From positions 1 to 46,165 of the forward strand of contig JBBIRR010000033.1 of NCBI GenBank assembly GCA_037441705.1: DNA of 46,165 nt. The letters are read 5' to 3'. The translations under genes and the position numbers were made by a program. The notes beneath the pieces were generated by a model that had not been told where the DNA came from, searched no databases, and worked only from the letters and a program-made list of their open reading frames with translations. The DNA comes from Ignavibacteriales bacterium (GTDB taxonomy: Bacteria > Bacteroidota > Ignavibacteria > UBA10030 > UBA6906). This document shows positions 8,856-19,102 of the stretch, piece after piece. Within the stretch, counting starts at the first letter, position 1, and every line of letters begins with the position of its first letter.

Positions 8856-11717
8856 ATGAACACAACGACCGCCACGGCACCCCAACCCGAAAGGTTATTC
8901 CTGCTTGACGGCATGGCGCTCGCCTACCGTGCGTACTTCGCATTCATTCGGCGGCCCCTGATCAACAGCAAGGGGGTGAACACGAGTGCCATCTACGGCT
9001 TCACCACCGCGCTCATGCGCATCCTCGAAGACGAGAAGCCCGACCACATCGCCGTCGTGTTCGATACGAGAGAACCGACGTTTCGCCACGAGATGTTCAA
9101 GGAGTACAAGGCGACACGCGAGAAGATGCCCGAAGAAATGGCGTCGCAACTCGATCGGCTGAAAGACATCGTGCGCGCGTTCAACGTGCCGGTCATCGAA
9201 TATCCGCGCTACGAGGCTGACGACATCATCGGGACCCTGGCAAAGCGCGCCGAACAGGAAGGCGTCCTGACCTACATGGTCACTGGCGACAAGGATTTCA
9301 TGCAGCTGATTACGCCCTACACGAAGATGCTGAAGCCCGGGAAGGCAGGCGAAGAACCCGAGGTGATTGACGAGCGCGGCGTGCTCGAAAAATTCGGCGT
9401 GCGACCTGCGCAGGTCATCGATGTCCTCGCGCTGATCGGTGACACCTCGGACAACATCCCGGGCGTTCCGGGCGTGGGCGAGAAGACTGCCATTCCGCTC
9501 ATCCAAACCTACGGCTGTCTCGAAAATCTGTACGAGCATCTCGACGACATTCCTCAAAAGAGTTTGAGAGAAAAACTTGCGCAGCATCGCGAGCTGGCGT
9601 TCCTCTCCAAACACCTCGTCACGATCCGTACCGATGTTCCCGTCCCCGTCAACTTCCATGAACTTAAGGCAAACGCGCCGGATTCTTCCGCCCTCATCAA
9701 GCACTTCAGCGAGCTGGAGTTTCGAACTCTGCTCAACAAACTGAGCGGCATCGTTTCCATCGCCGTCGAACGAAACGCAAAGCAGTCGGCACCGGAACAA
9801 CCACCCACGCCCTCATCCGCCGTCCGCGATATCCACACCGACGCACACGAATACCGTTGTGTCACCGACGAACGCGAATTGAACGCTCTCGTGGCTCGGC
9901 TACGGCAATCCTCACGGTTCGTCTTCGACACTGAAACGACATCGCCGAACGCGCTGCAGGCGGACCTGATAGGACTTTCCTTCGCCATGAAGGAGCGCGA
10001 AGCGTTCTACGTCCCTGTACGGTACACGAGCACGCTGCACGATGAACACTCGAGCGCAAGTAAGGATTTGTTTTCGACCTCCGACGCACAACCGTCCGCC
10101 GCCAATGCCACGTCAACGGCGCTTCCGCTGCAGGCGGTGCTGAGCGCTCTCAAGCCGATCTTCGAAGACCCTTCAATCAAGAAGATGGGACAGAACATCA
10201 AGTACGATATGTTGGTGTTGATGGCGCATGGTGTCCGCGTCGAAGGCGTCGCCTTCGATACGATGGTTGCCAGTTATGTTCTGCGCGCCGATGGCCAACA
10301 TAGTCTCGATGCCCTGGCGATGGAGCATCTCAACTATAAGATGATTGCATACGACGATCTCGTCGGAAAGGGCAAGACCCTCAAGCACATCGCGGAAATC
10401 CCGCTCGACGTCATCACCGACTACGCTGCCGAAGATGCCGACATGACGCTGCGCATCGCCGCCATCCAGGAGGAAAAGTTGAAAGAGCGCGAGCAGCTGC
10501 GCCTCTGCGAGGAGGTGGAGTTCCCCCTCATTCCCGTCCTCGCCCGGATGGAATTTGCCGGTATTGCGCTCGATGGAGCATACCTGGCCGATATGTCGAA
10601 AGAGTTGGAACGCATGATTGACAATCTCATACGCGACATCCACAACGACGCAGGCGGTCAGTTCAACATCAACTCCACGCAGCAGCTGGCGGACGTTCTC
10701 TTCAACAAACTCAAGCTGCCGACCGTGAAGAAAACCAAGACGGGCTACTCGACCGATGTCGCCGTGCTGGAGGCGCTGCGCGGACAGCATCCCATCATCG
10801 AACGCATGCTGGAGTACCGCCAGCTCACGAAACTGAAGTCAACGTATGTGGACGCGCTGCCGTCGCTTATCAATCCCCGGACGGGCCGCATCCACACGTC
10901 GTTCAATCAGACCGTTGCGCTCACGGGGCGACTCTCGAGCGCCGACCCGAATCTTCAAAACATTCCGATCCGCACAGAACTCGGCCGCGCCATCCGCAAG
11001 GCGTTCATTCCGTCGCATGAAGGAAACCTCATCATGTCTGCCGATTACTCGCAGATCGAGCTGCGCGTGATGGCCCACGTTTCCGGCGACGAGGGACTCA
11101 TCGAGGCATTCACGCGTGGCGAGGACATTCACGCCACCACCGCATCGAAGGTGTTCGGTGTGAAGCCGGAGGAGGTGACGCGCGAAATGCGGCGAAAAGC
11201 GAAAGAGGTCAACTTCGGCATCATGTACGGCATCGGGCCTTTCGGCCTCGCCAACCGATTGGAGATCAGCCAGACGGAAGCAAAGGAGATCATCCAGCGC
11301 TACTTCGAACGCTTCCCGAAAGTGAAGCAGTACATCCACGACACGATCGCCACGTGCAGACGAACCGGGTATGTCAGCACACTGTTAGGTCGGCGACGCT
11401 ACCTGCCGGACATCACCAGTCGCAACAGCGCCGTGCGCGGCAACGCCGAACGACAGGCCATCAACATGCCCATCCAGGGTACCGCCGCCGATATGATCAA
11501 GCTTGCCATGATTGGCATCGACGCAGAGCAACAACGGCAAAAGCTCAAAAGCAAGATGTTGCTGCAGGTACATGATGAGTTGGTGTTTGAAGTAGCGACA
11601 GACGAACTCGAGAAGATGCGCACGCTTGCGGTCGAGAGAATGCAAAACGCGCTGCACTTAGATGTGCCGATTGATGTGGAGGTGGGAGTAGGGAAGAATT
11701 GGCTGGAGGCACACTGA
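8856..11717 (+). CDS. polA: DNA polymerase I
   Basis: 5'-3' exonuclease (LLDGMALAYRAY, YEADDIIG), 3'-5' exonuclease (FDTETT), polymerase motifs ADYSQIELR, RRKAKEVNFGIMYG, LQVHDEL. Confidence 0.99.
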   Translation: MNTTTATAPQPERLFLLDGMALAYRAYFAFIRRPLINSKGVNTSAIYGFTTALMRILEDEKPDHIAVVFDTREPTFRHEMFKEYKATREKMPEEMASQLDRLKDIVRAFNVPVIEYPRYEADDIIGTLAKRAEQEGVLTYMVTGDKDFMQLITPYTKMLKPGKAGEEPEVIDERGVLEKFGVRPAQVIDVLALIGDTSDNIPGVPGVGEKTAIPLIQTYGCLENLYEHLDDIPQKSLREKLAQHRELAFLSKHLVTIRTDVPVPVNFHELKANAPDSSALIKHFSELEFRTLLNKLSGIVSIAVERNAKQSAPEQPPTPSSAVRDIHTDAHEYRCVTDERELNALVARLRQSSRFVFDTETTSPNALQADLIGLSFAMKEREAFYVPVRYTSTLHDEHSSASKDLFSTSDAQPSAANATSTALPLQAVLSALKPIFEDPSIKKMGQNIKYDMLVLMAHGVRVEGVAFDTMVASYVLRADGQHSLDALAMEHLNYKMIAYDDLVGKGKTLKHIAEIPLDVITDYAAEDADMTLRIAAIQEEKLKEREQLRLCEEVEFPLIPVLARMEFAGIALDGAYLADMSKELERMIDNLIRDIHNDAGGQFNINSTQQLADVLFNKLKLPTVKKTKTGYSTDVAVLEALRGQHPIIERMLEYRQLTKLKSTYVDALPSLINPRTGRIHTSFNQTVALTGRLSSADPNLQNIPIRTELGRAIRKAFIPSHEGNLIMSADYSQIELRVMAHVSGDEGLIEAFTRGEDIHATTASKVFGVKPEEVTREMRRKAKEVNFGIMYGIGPFGLANRLEISQTEAKEIIQRYFERFPKVKQYIHDTIATCRRTGYVSTLLGRRRYLPDITSRNSAVRGNAERQAINMPIQGTAADMIKLAMIGIDAEQQRQKLKSKMLLQVHDELVFEVATDELEKMRTLAVERMQNALHLDVPIDVEVGVGKNWLEAH

Positions 11718-11810
11718 AGATTTTGCTCTTGGCTGCATTGCAACCCTCCGCATGATTCGCTGAGTCTTATCCAGAAATCCCCGATCTCCGGCAACACCGT
11801 CTCAGGGCCC

Positions 11811-11839
11811 TTGATTTTTCTGAAATCATGGGCTAGATT
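11811..11839 (+). promoter_or_regulatory. putative promoter
   Basis: TTGATT-N17-TAGATT; GAGGT Shine-Dalgarno before ATG 11886. Confidence 0.5.
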
Positions 11840-11885
11840 TTTACAGACACCATCATTATTCCCACGTCCAATAATGAGGTGTGTC

Positions 11886-14800
11886 ATGAAGACATCCCGC
11901 CTTATGGCTGCGCTGCTCCTGTCCTGCCTTGTTTCCAACTCTCTCAGTTCTGAACCGCCAGGCGAGCTTCATCGCGCATCGGAAGTGATGTGGAATCCGA
12001 CATACGCGCACATGAACATTAACCGGTTGTCCACAGTGTTCAGTAATGATGGGTGGTGCGATAGAAATCGAGCAACAGGAGAAGCGGCGTTCGTTTTTCC
12101 TAAAGGAACGAAGCGGACGATGATCTATCAATCGGGACTGTTGTGGGGAGCCAAGATTGGAGACTCGATCCATGTCGGAGGATCCACGTACGGTTCTGCA
12201 CTCCAGCCGGGAAAAATTCTCTCTCCCGGGATCGCAGAGGATCCCAATCTTGCAAAGAACAGAATCTACCGTGTGCGACCGGACTATGCGACCGCTGATC
12301 TTTCACTTGAAGCACGCGAGAGAGGTCTTCCCACGTCAGTCATACGCGATCAGTACGCACGTGATTGGAATGAATGGCCCGCCGCCGACGGCGCACCGTT
12401 TGACGACAGAAATCTCAACGGCATCTACGAACCAACAATCGACATCCCCGGCAAATACGGTGCCGATCAAACCATCTGGTTCGTTGCAAACGATCTTGAT
12501 ACAGGTCGTACACGGGCACTCTACGGACGACGCCCACTCGGTCTGGAAATACAGGTAACAATCTGGGCGTACAACCGTGACGGATCTCTGGGCAACACGC
12601 TCTTCAAGAACTATCGCCTCATCAACAAGAGCACGAATCGCTTCGACAGTCTGTTTGTGTGCCAATGGGTTGATACTGACCTTGGCTACTTTGGCGATGA
12701 TTATCTTGGCTGCGACGTGCCGCTCAACCTGCAGTACTGCTACAACGGATATCCGTACGATCGCATGTACGGTTCGGTAACACCGCCGGCAGTCGGATTT
12801 GTGTTTCTCGCGCAGCCGATGTACGCGGCTGTGAGCAAATGGTCGGGGAGTTGGTTCTTCGATCCGCCGTTCACGTACGATGGGGGTCGCCAGTGGTATA
12901 ACTGGATGCGCGGGTTGTTGCCGACTACGGGCGAGCCGTTTGTCCATCCCTGGTTTCCGAATGAGCCGACACGATACTGGTTGGACGGCGATCCGGTAAC
13001 ACGCACTGGCCGTATTGAACTCGAGTACCCGGGTGATCGCCGCATGCACGCATCCGTCGGACCCTTTACTCTCTCGCCCGGCGAAACGCTCGAGGTCCCC
13101 ATCGCGGTGATTGCCGGGTTTGGCACGAACAACGTCACAGGAGTTACGACTCTTCGGAAGCTTGCCCGGGCAGCGCTGACGAATTTTCCCAGCATACTGA
13201 TGAGCATGCCGCCCGTCGCACGAGTTACGGTCACGTATCCCAACACCACTGAAGCACACGCCATGGTCGTCGCCGATGTGCGAGGGGCACAGGCACAGGG
13301 CGTGTCGGCGGTTCTTCGGCGACAGAACGGGATTACGGCGGCCAGCGGTTCGCTGTTCGATGACGGCTTGCACGGCGACGGCGCGGCGCGTGACGGAATT
13401 TGGGGCAACACTCTGCCGGCGCCCCGTGAACAGTCCGCGCTGTACCTCGACCTCATTGTCGTTGACAGCGCAATGAGGGCAGCGAGATGGGAGCGGGTGG
13501 CCGATAACATCCCCGTGTCGGGGCCTCTCCATTTGATGCATCCACGCGTAGTGTCCGACAATATCAACAGCGACGGCATCCTCAATCCCGGAGAGAACAT
13601 CCGGTACGGATTCACCATTGCAAGCGAAGCCGCCTTCCCTCACGGAGGTATCACACTTCATCCGCCTTTTGACGCCGAGTTCAAAATGATACGTCTCGGA
13701 ACAATTGCTCCCGGCGGCAGCGACTCTCTTCGTTACAATCCGAACGATACACTTTCGTACTTCAGCTTCACCGCGCCGTTACAGGGAACCAAATTCCTTC
13801 CCATCACGATCTCCGACACAAGCGACAACCACTGGTATGACACCCTGCGCTTCACGGTCACGCCCTATGGACCGACGATCCAGCGCAGCCTTGTTCATCA
13901 CATCGCCGGACGCAGCGAGTGGTCGTTCAGTGTGATTGTCACGAACCCCGCGGTCGTCAACAACCACACCTACGAGATCACCATCGTGGACTCGCTTGAC
14001 ACACTGCGCACGAAGGGTTTGACACTGAGAGACAGCAGCACAGGTGCTGTTCTTCTCTCCAATCATCCTTTGCCCGATGAACTCGGACATATCATGCCTG
14101 TCATCGATGGATTTAAGCTTGTGCGAGGGGAGATTTTTGGAGGAGTGGGAGTGCGCGATGATTCGACGCGGTGGATTTCTTCCTATCCTCAATGGATGGT
14201 GGGTTCCCATCGATTTTGGGACGAGCATGCTGCTTTCGGTGGAGGTGTTACGACAGGCACGATGCTTTCACGTGCCCTCGCTTCGGTCAGTCCGAACTTC
14301 GATGCTGCATACTCATTTCCTGCAGAAGTTCGATTCTCGACAGTCACCACCCAGAAAGCTTACCGACTGTCGAGGAGCGGCAGCGGTCCTTATCTGATTC
14401 AAAGCTCGAATCCGTTTACAGCGGTTCCGTTCACGGTGTGGGATGTGCAGGATCGTGCGCGCCCGAGACAGTTGACCGTTGCATGGCGCGACCAAAACGA
14501 CAATCGTATGTGGGATCCATCGACTGGCTCCGATGCATTCGAAATTGTGTTCATTTACAACAAGACATATGACCCGACGGGCACAACACAATTCTCGATG
14601 CCGCCTAATGTCATCCCAAACGAATGTACCATCGGAGCAAATGCCGATATTGTGTACGGGCTGGCGCTCATGGTGGCGGGGAGTCATCAGCTGAATGAAA
14701 GTCCCGGCACGTTATACATCCGCCCCTGGTTAGCGTTGACCGGCAACGATCGCTTCACGTTCAACCCGACCGTCGTGCTGGATACGCTCTATGCCGGGAT

Positions 14801-15101
14801 GCCGACAGCATACAAGCTCTATCAAAACTACCCCAACCCCTTCAATCCGGCAACGACCATCAAGTACGAACTGCCTGTTCCAAGCAGCGTAACGCTGACG
14901 ATCTACAATATCCTCGGACAGAAGGTGAAGTCGCTTGTCAACGGTGTTGAAGATGCCGGTGTGCAGCTTGTGCAGTGGGATGGGAAGAATGACGCGGGGG
15001 CTAATGTCGCAACGGGCGTGTACTTCTATCGGCTTGAAGCGAGAGCGATGAGCGGCAACGCTTCGTTCACTCAAGTGAAGAAGATGTTGATGATACGTTA
15101 G
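11886..15101 (+). CDS. large secreted protein with T9SS type A C-terminal sorting domain (FlgD-Ig-like)
   Basis: Signal peptide MKTSRLMAALLLSCLV; C-terminal YKLYQNYPNPFNPATTI...WDGKND...GVYFYRL...KKMLMIR; DxNxNG Ca-loop-like motifs; LFDDGLHGDGAARDGIWG module. Confidence 0.85.
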   Translation: MKTSRLMAALLLSCLVSNSLSSEPPGELHRASEVMWNPTYAHMNINRLSTVFSNDGWCDRNRATGEAAFVFPKGTKRTMIYQSGLLWGAKIGDSIHVGGSTYGSALQPGKILSPGIAEDPNLAKNRIYRVRPDYATADLSLEARERGLPTSVIRDQYARDWNEWPAADGAPFDDRNLNGIYEPTIDIPGKYGADQTIWFVANDLDTGRTRALYGRRPLGLEIQVTIWAYNRDGSLGNTLFKNYRLINKSTNRFDSLFVCQWVDTDLGYFGDDYLGCDVPLNLQYCYNGYPYDRMYGSVTPPAVGFVFLAQPMYAAVSKWSGSWFFDPPFTYDGGRQWYNWMRGLLPTTGEPFVHPWFPNEPTRYWLDGDPVTRTGRIELEYPGDRRMHASVGPFTLSPGETLEVPIAVIAGFGTNNVTGVTTLRKLARAALTNFPSILMSMPPVARVTVTYPNTTEAHAMVVADVRGAQAQGVSAVLRRQNGITAASGSLFDDGLHGDGAARDGIWGNTLPAPREQSALYLDLIVVDSAMRAARWERVADNIPVSGPLHLMHPRVVSDNINSDGILNPGENIRYGFTIASEAAFPHGGITLHPPFDAEFKMIRLGTIAPGGSDSLRYNPNDTLSYFSFTAPLQGTKFLPITISDTSDNHWYDTLRFTVTPYGPTIQRSLVHHIAGRSEWSFSVIVTNPAVVNNHTYEITIVDSLDTLRTKGLTLRDSSTGAVLLSNHPLPDELGHIMPVIDGFKLVRGEIFGGVGVRDDSTRWISSYPQWMVGSHRFWDEHAAFGGGVTTGTMLSRALASVSPNFDAAYSFPAEVRFSTVTTQKAYRLSRSGSGPYLIQSSNPFTAVPFTVWDVQDRARPRQLTVAWRDQNDNRMWDPSTGSDAFEIVFIYNKTYDPTGTTQFSMPPNVIPNECTIGANADIVYGLALMVAGSHQLNESPGTLYIRPWLALTGNDRFTFNPTVVLDTLYAGMPTAYKLYQNYPNPFNPATTIKYELPVPSSVTLTIYNILGQKVKSLVNGVEDAGVQLVQWDGKNDAGANVATGVYFYRLEARAMSGNASFTQVKKMLMIR

Positions 15102-15202
15102 AGGTACGTTTGGGCGGGTGAGTTTTGATGTGACTCAGTGCCGGAGAATCGGTACGCATTGTGACCGCCGGCGTGCGGCATTATCGCGCATCAAACAAGA
15201 GA

Positions 15203-15229
15203 AAGGCGCCTGAAATCACAAGGCGCCTT
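15203..15229 (-). terminator. probable intrinsic terminator between convergent genes
   Basis: 9-bp inverted repeat AAGGCGCCT...AGGCGCCTT followed on the minus strand by TCTCTTGTTT. Confidence 0.6.
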
Positions 15230-15254
15230 GTTCATGATTGCAGAACCGCTGCTG

Positions 15255-15704
15255 CTACTGTGATGCCACTGTTTCGACGGCGGGTGAGCAGAACTCCTTG
15301 AACACCTCCATCAAATGCTGCGCGATCTGGTATGCATCGCGATTCTCGATCTGGTAGCGGGGAATGAAATGCACCAACTCCCCTTTCTTGAACAGACCCA
15401 TCGAAGGCGACGACGGCGGAATGTTGCCGAAATGTTCACGCGCGCGGGCAGTCGCTTCAATGTCGGCTCCGGCGAAGACCGTGGTCAGCCGGTCGGGTTT
15501 GTACGGTGACTTCTGCAGCGCCAGCGCAATGCCCGGACGCGCTTTGCCTGCCGCACACCCGCAGACGGAGTTCACGACGAGGAGATGTGTCCCTTCTTTG
15601 TTGGCAATCTCCGCGTCAACTGCCTCGACCGTCCGCAACTCCTTGAACCCGAGACGGGTCAATTCCTCTCTGAATGGTGCGATCATTCGTTCGTCGTAAC
15701 GCAT
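15255..15704 (-). CDS. BrxA/BrxB family bacilliredoxin
   Basis: VVNSVCGCAAGKARPG (CGC motif), LTTVFAG, PPSSPS. Confidence 0.92.
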   Translation of the reverse strand: MRYDERMIAPFREELTRLGFKELRTVEAVDAEIANKEGTHLLVVNSVCGCAAGKARPGIALALQKSPYKPDRLTTVFAGADIEATARAREHFGNIPPSSPSMGLFKKGELVHFIPRYQIENRDAYQIAQHLMEVFKEFCSPAVETVASQ

Positions 15705-15782
15705 TGCTTTTCCCTTCGATGTGATGTGTGAAAGAACAGTTTGAAACTTCCCGGTGCTGATTTGCCGTCCCCGAAAGAAAAC

Positions 15783-18224
15783 TCACCGCTTGCGATTCGA
15801 ACTCCGCTTTGCCCTGTTCATCGTCTTCGGTCGGGCTGCTCGCCGAATTTTCTTTGATGCCTGCTTGGTTGTTGCAGCTTTTCTCGCGGCCTTCTTCGGG
15901 GCTTTCCTTTTCACAATTCTCTTCTTCACTGCAGCTTTGGCCCTCGGCTTCGCTGGCGCTTTCTTCTTTCCTTGCGCAGCAATCAGATTCAGCGCGCTGC
16001 CGGCTTTGAACCACTCGATCTGATTTTCGTTGAACGAATGATTCAGCAGTATCTCATCCACCGTTCCGTCCGAGTGTTTCAAGATCATCCGGAGGGGTTT
16101 GCCCGGCGCAAAGGTCTTCAATCCCACGATCGAAACGCGATCGTCCTCACGCACTTTGTCGTAATCTGCCGGATCGGCAAACGTCAACGGCAGCATGCCT
16201 TGCTTCTTCAGGTTTGTTTCGTGGATGCGAGCAAAGCTCTTCACGACGATGGCACGTCCGCCCAAATAGCGCGGCTCCATCGCCGCATGCTCGCGGCTCG
16301 ATCCTTCGCCGTAGTTCTCGTCGCCGACAACCACCCAACCTATGCCCTGCGCTTTGTATTCCCGCGCGACGGCGGCAATTTCCTTCGTCTCGCCGGTGAA
16401 AATGTTCTTTCCTTTTCCCATCTCACCGGTGAATGCGTTGACCGCGCCGCTGAACATGTTGTTGGAGATATTGTCGAGATGGCCGCGATACTTCAGCCAC
16501 TTCCCGGCGGGAGAAATATGATCGGTGGTGCACTTGCCTTTCGCCTTCAACAGCACGGGGACATCGACGATGTCCTCACCGTCCCACGCGGGGAACGGCT
16601 CGAGCGCTTGCAGTCGGTCGCTCTTCGGGTCGATGATCACCTTCACTTTACGTCCATCCTTCGCGGGGGGAACGTATCCGGGATCATCGACGGTGAAGCC
16701 GCGCTGCGGCAGTTCGTCGCCGCGCGGTGGCTCAAGCTTCACCAATTCGCCTTTCTCGTTCACGAGCGTGTCGGTCAACGGATTGAACGTCAGCTTTCCG
16801 GCCAGGGCAAACGCCGTCACGATTTCCGGACTCGCCACAAATGCATGCGTATCCGGATTGCCGTCGTTGCGGCCCGAGAAGTTCCGGTTGAACGACGTGA
16901 TGATGGAGTTCTTGTCTCCCGGTTTCACATCGTGCCGTTTCCACTGGCCGATGCACGGACCGCACGCGTTGGCAAGTACCAATCCGCCGACTTCGGTGAG
17001 GACTTGCAGATGCCCGTCACGCTCGATCGTTGCCCGCACCTGTTCCGAGCCGGGAGTGATCGTGAACTCCGATTTCGCCTTCAATCCCTTTTCGAGCGCC
17101 TGCCGTGCAACGCTCGTCGCCCGCTCGATATCTTCGTAACTCGAGTTGGTGCAACTGCCGATCAACGCCACGCGCAGTTCTTCAGGATAATTGTTCCGAC
17201 GAACGGCGTCAGCGAATTCCGATAGCTTCCACGCCTTGTCCGGCGTGAACGGTCCGTTGATATGCGGCTCGAGTTCCGAGAGATCAATCTCGATGATGCG
17301 GTCGTAGTAGTCTTGTGGATTCTCCAACACCTCCGGATCGGCGACAAGGAAGTCGGCAATCGCATCCGCCATGTCGGCAATCTTTTTCCTGTCTGTTGCA
17401 GCGAGATAGTTCGCCATACGGGCGTCGTACGGAAACACCGAGGTTGTCGCGCCTACTTCCGCTCCCATGTTGCAGATCGTGCCCTTGCCGGTGGCGGAGA
17501 TGGACTTCGTGCCTTCGCCGAAATACTCGATGATGGCTCCCGTCCCACCCTTCACAGTGAGGATGCCTGCAAGTTTGAGGATCACATCCTTTGCCGATGT
17601 CCATCCGTTCAACTCCCCTTTGAGATGCACGCCGATGATCCGGGGGAACTTCAGCTCCCACGGCATGCCTGCCATGACGTCGACAGCATCCGCGCCGCCA
17701 ACGCCGATAGCAATCATGCCGAGTCCGCCTGCGTTCGGTGTGTGCGAGTCGGTGCCGATCATCATGCCGCCCGGGAAGGCGTAGTTTTCCAGCACGACTT
17801 GATGGATGATGCCCGCGCCGGGCTTCCAGAAGCCGATGCCGTATTTGTTCGAAACACTTGAGAGAAAATCATACACCTCTTTGTTGTCGGCGAACGCCTG
17901 CGCGAGGTCTTCGCGAGCACCGACTTGTGCTTGAATCAGGTGGTCACAGTGCACGGTTGTCGGCACGGCGACCTTCGGGATGCCGGCGGACATGAACTGC
18001 AGCAACGCCATCTGCGCCGTTGCGTCCTGCATCGCCACGCGGTCGGGTCCGAATTCGGCGTAGGACTCGCCGCGGCGGAACGGCTCCTTCGTGGGGCGCC
18101 AGAGATGTGCGTAGAGGATCTTCTCGGTCAACGTCAGGGGCCTCCCGACAACCCTGCGCGCCGCTTTGACTCGTCCCGGCGTGCGAGCATAGACCCTCTC
18201 GATGAGGTCGAGATCGAATATCAT
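15783..18224 (-). CDS. acnA: aconitate hydratase (mitochondrial/Bacteroidota type) with Lys/Arg/Ala-rich C-terminal tail
   Basis: [59 protein letters not shown]; start set at ATG 18224. Confidence 0.95.
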   Translation of the reverse strand: MIFDLDLIERVYARTPGRVKAARRVVGRPLTLTEKILYAHLWRPTKEPFRRGESYAEFGPDRVAMQDATAQMALLQFMSAGIPKVAVPTTVHCDHLIQAQVGAREDLAQAFADNKEVYDFLSSVSNKYGIGFWKPGAGIIHQVVLENYAFPGGMMIGTDSHTPNAGGLGMIAIGVGGADAVDVMAGMPWELKFPRIIGVHLKGELNGWTSAKDVILKLAGILTVKGGTGAIIEYFGEGTKSISATGKGTICNMGAEVGATTSVFPYDARMANYLAATDRKKIADMADAIADFLVADPEVLENPQDYYDRIIEIDLSELEPHINGPFTPDKAWKLSEFADAVRRNNYPEELRVALIGSCTNSSYEDIERATSVARQALEKGLKAKSEFTITPGSEQVRATIERDGHLQVLTEVGGLVLANACGPCIGQWKRHDVKPGDKNSIITSFNRNFSGRNDGNPDTHAFVASPEIVTAFALAGKLTFNPLTDTLVNEKGELVKLEPPRGDELPQRGFTVDDPGYVPPAKDGRKVKVIIDPKSDRLQALEPFPAWDGEDIVDVPVLLKAKGKCTTDHISPAGKWLKYRGHLDNISNNMFSGAVNAFTGEMGKGKNIFTGETKEIAAVAREYKAQGIGWVVVGDENYGEGSSREHAAMEPRYLGGRAIVVKSFARIHETNLKKQGMLPLTFADPADYDKVREDDRVSIVGLKTFAPGKPLRMILKHSDGTVDEILLNHSFNENQIEWFKAGSALNLIAAQGKKKAPAKPRAKAAVKKRIVKRKAPKKAARKAATTKQASKKIRRAARPKTMNRAKRSSNRKR

Positions 18225-18280
18225 GAGTAACGTCCTTCTGTCCGAAAACAAATCGTGAACGCGCGTCAAATCTCCCAATC

Positions 18281-18309
18281 AATATACACAGAGTGTCCGC
18301 TTCCTGCAA
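18281..18309 (-). promoter_or_regulatory. putative aconitase promoter
   Basis: Minus strand TTGCAG-N17-TATATT. Confidence 0.6.
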
Positions 18310-18311
18310 GT

Positions 18312-18340
18312 TTGCGAAGCTTGGGCTTTTTTGGTATTTT
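18312..18340 (+). promoter_or_regulatory. putative clpS-alaS promoter (back-to-back with the aconitase promoter)
   Basis: TTGCGA-N17-TATTTT; implies the clpS start is at 18372. Confidence 0.55.
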
Positions 18341-18371
18341 CATGAGCACAACAAACGCAAGCGCGCACTCT

Positions 18372-18650
18372 ATGGCGACACAACCTCTTGAACTTCCGGA
18401 AAAAGACGAGGATGTCCTCATCGAGGAGCCGGCGAAAGTTATTCTCTTCAACGATGATGTTCACACCTTCGACGAGGTCATCACCCAGCTCATCAAAGCG
18501 CTCAAGTGCACGTCGCAGCACGCCGAGAGCCTCGCATGGGAGGTGCACAACAACGGCAAGGGCGTGGTGTACACGGGCGAACTCGTTAAGTGCATGGAAG
18601 TCAGCAACGTGCTGGAGGAAATCCAGCTGATGACCCAGATTGAGGTGTGA
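18372..18650 (+). CDS. clpS: ATP-dependent Clp protease adaptor ClpS
   Basis: KVILFNDDVHTFDEVI...AWEVHNNGKGVV. Confidence 0.92.
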   Translation: MATQPLELPEKDEDVLIEEPAKVILFNDDVHTFDEVITQLIKALKCTSQHAESLAWEVHNNGKGVVYTGELVKCMEVSNVLEEIQLMTQIEV

Positions 18651-18855
18651 TCCTTGGAGCGAGATTTCCATAGCAGCCACCGAGTTCAAGACCTCCATCT
18701 TCGAAATCAAGTCAAGAGCTGTCGAGATCGTTCAGATTGCTGCTGCGCGGGAGCAAGAAGTGGAGAGTCTCAAGAATCAGATCGAGAAGCTCAAGTTCGA
18801 ACTGCTTATACGAGATAGAGCTGAAGCATCCAAAAAGAAGAAAGGTAGGTCATGA
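18640..18855 (+). CDS. small hypothetical coiled-coil ORF, possibly a 5'-truncated remnant
   Basis: Protein-like amphipathic sequence whose stop overlaps the next start (ATGA); only a weak TTG start inside clpS. Confidence 0.35.
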   Translation: MRCDPWSEISIAATEFKTSIFEIKSRAVEIVQIAAAREQEVESLKNQIEKLKFELLIRDRAEASKKKKGRS

Positions 18856-19088
18856 CCAAAAAGACGATGGACGAATTGCGTGAGGAGTTGGAAAAGAAAA
18901 TCACCAACCTCCGCAAGCGCGGAAGATCCGATGACGAGATTCAAAAGGAGATGCTTGACTATCTCCTCGATCTGAGGAAACAGGGGGCCATCAGCATTCC
19001 CGAGCTTGATGAGTTGTTCAGTCGTGTGCAGGCAACAAGTGAGGCACTCAAGAAGAAGCTTGAAGAGCTGCGGAGCTTGACAGGATAG
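18852..19088 (+). CDS. small hypothetical alpha-helical protein (78 aa)
   Basis: ATG with AGGTAGGT Shine-Dalgarno-like site; highly charged helical sequence; ends 14 nt before alaS. Confidence 0.7.
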   Translation: MTKKTMDELREELEKKITNLRKRGRSDDEIQKEMLDYLLDLRKQGAISIPELDELFSRVQATSEALKKKLEELRSLTG

Positions 19089-19102
19089 GCTCTCGTACGA
19101 TC

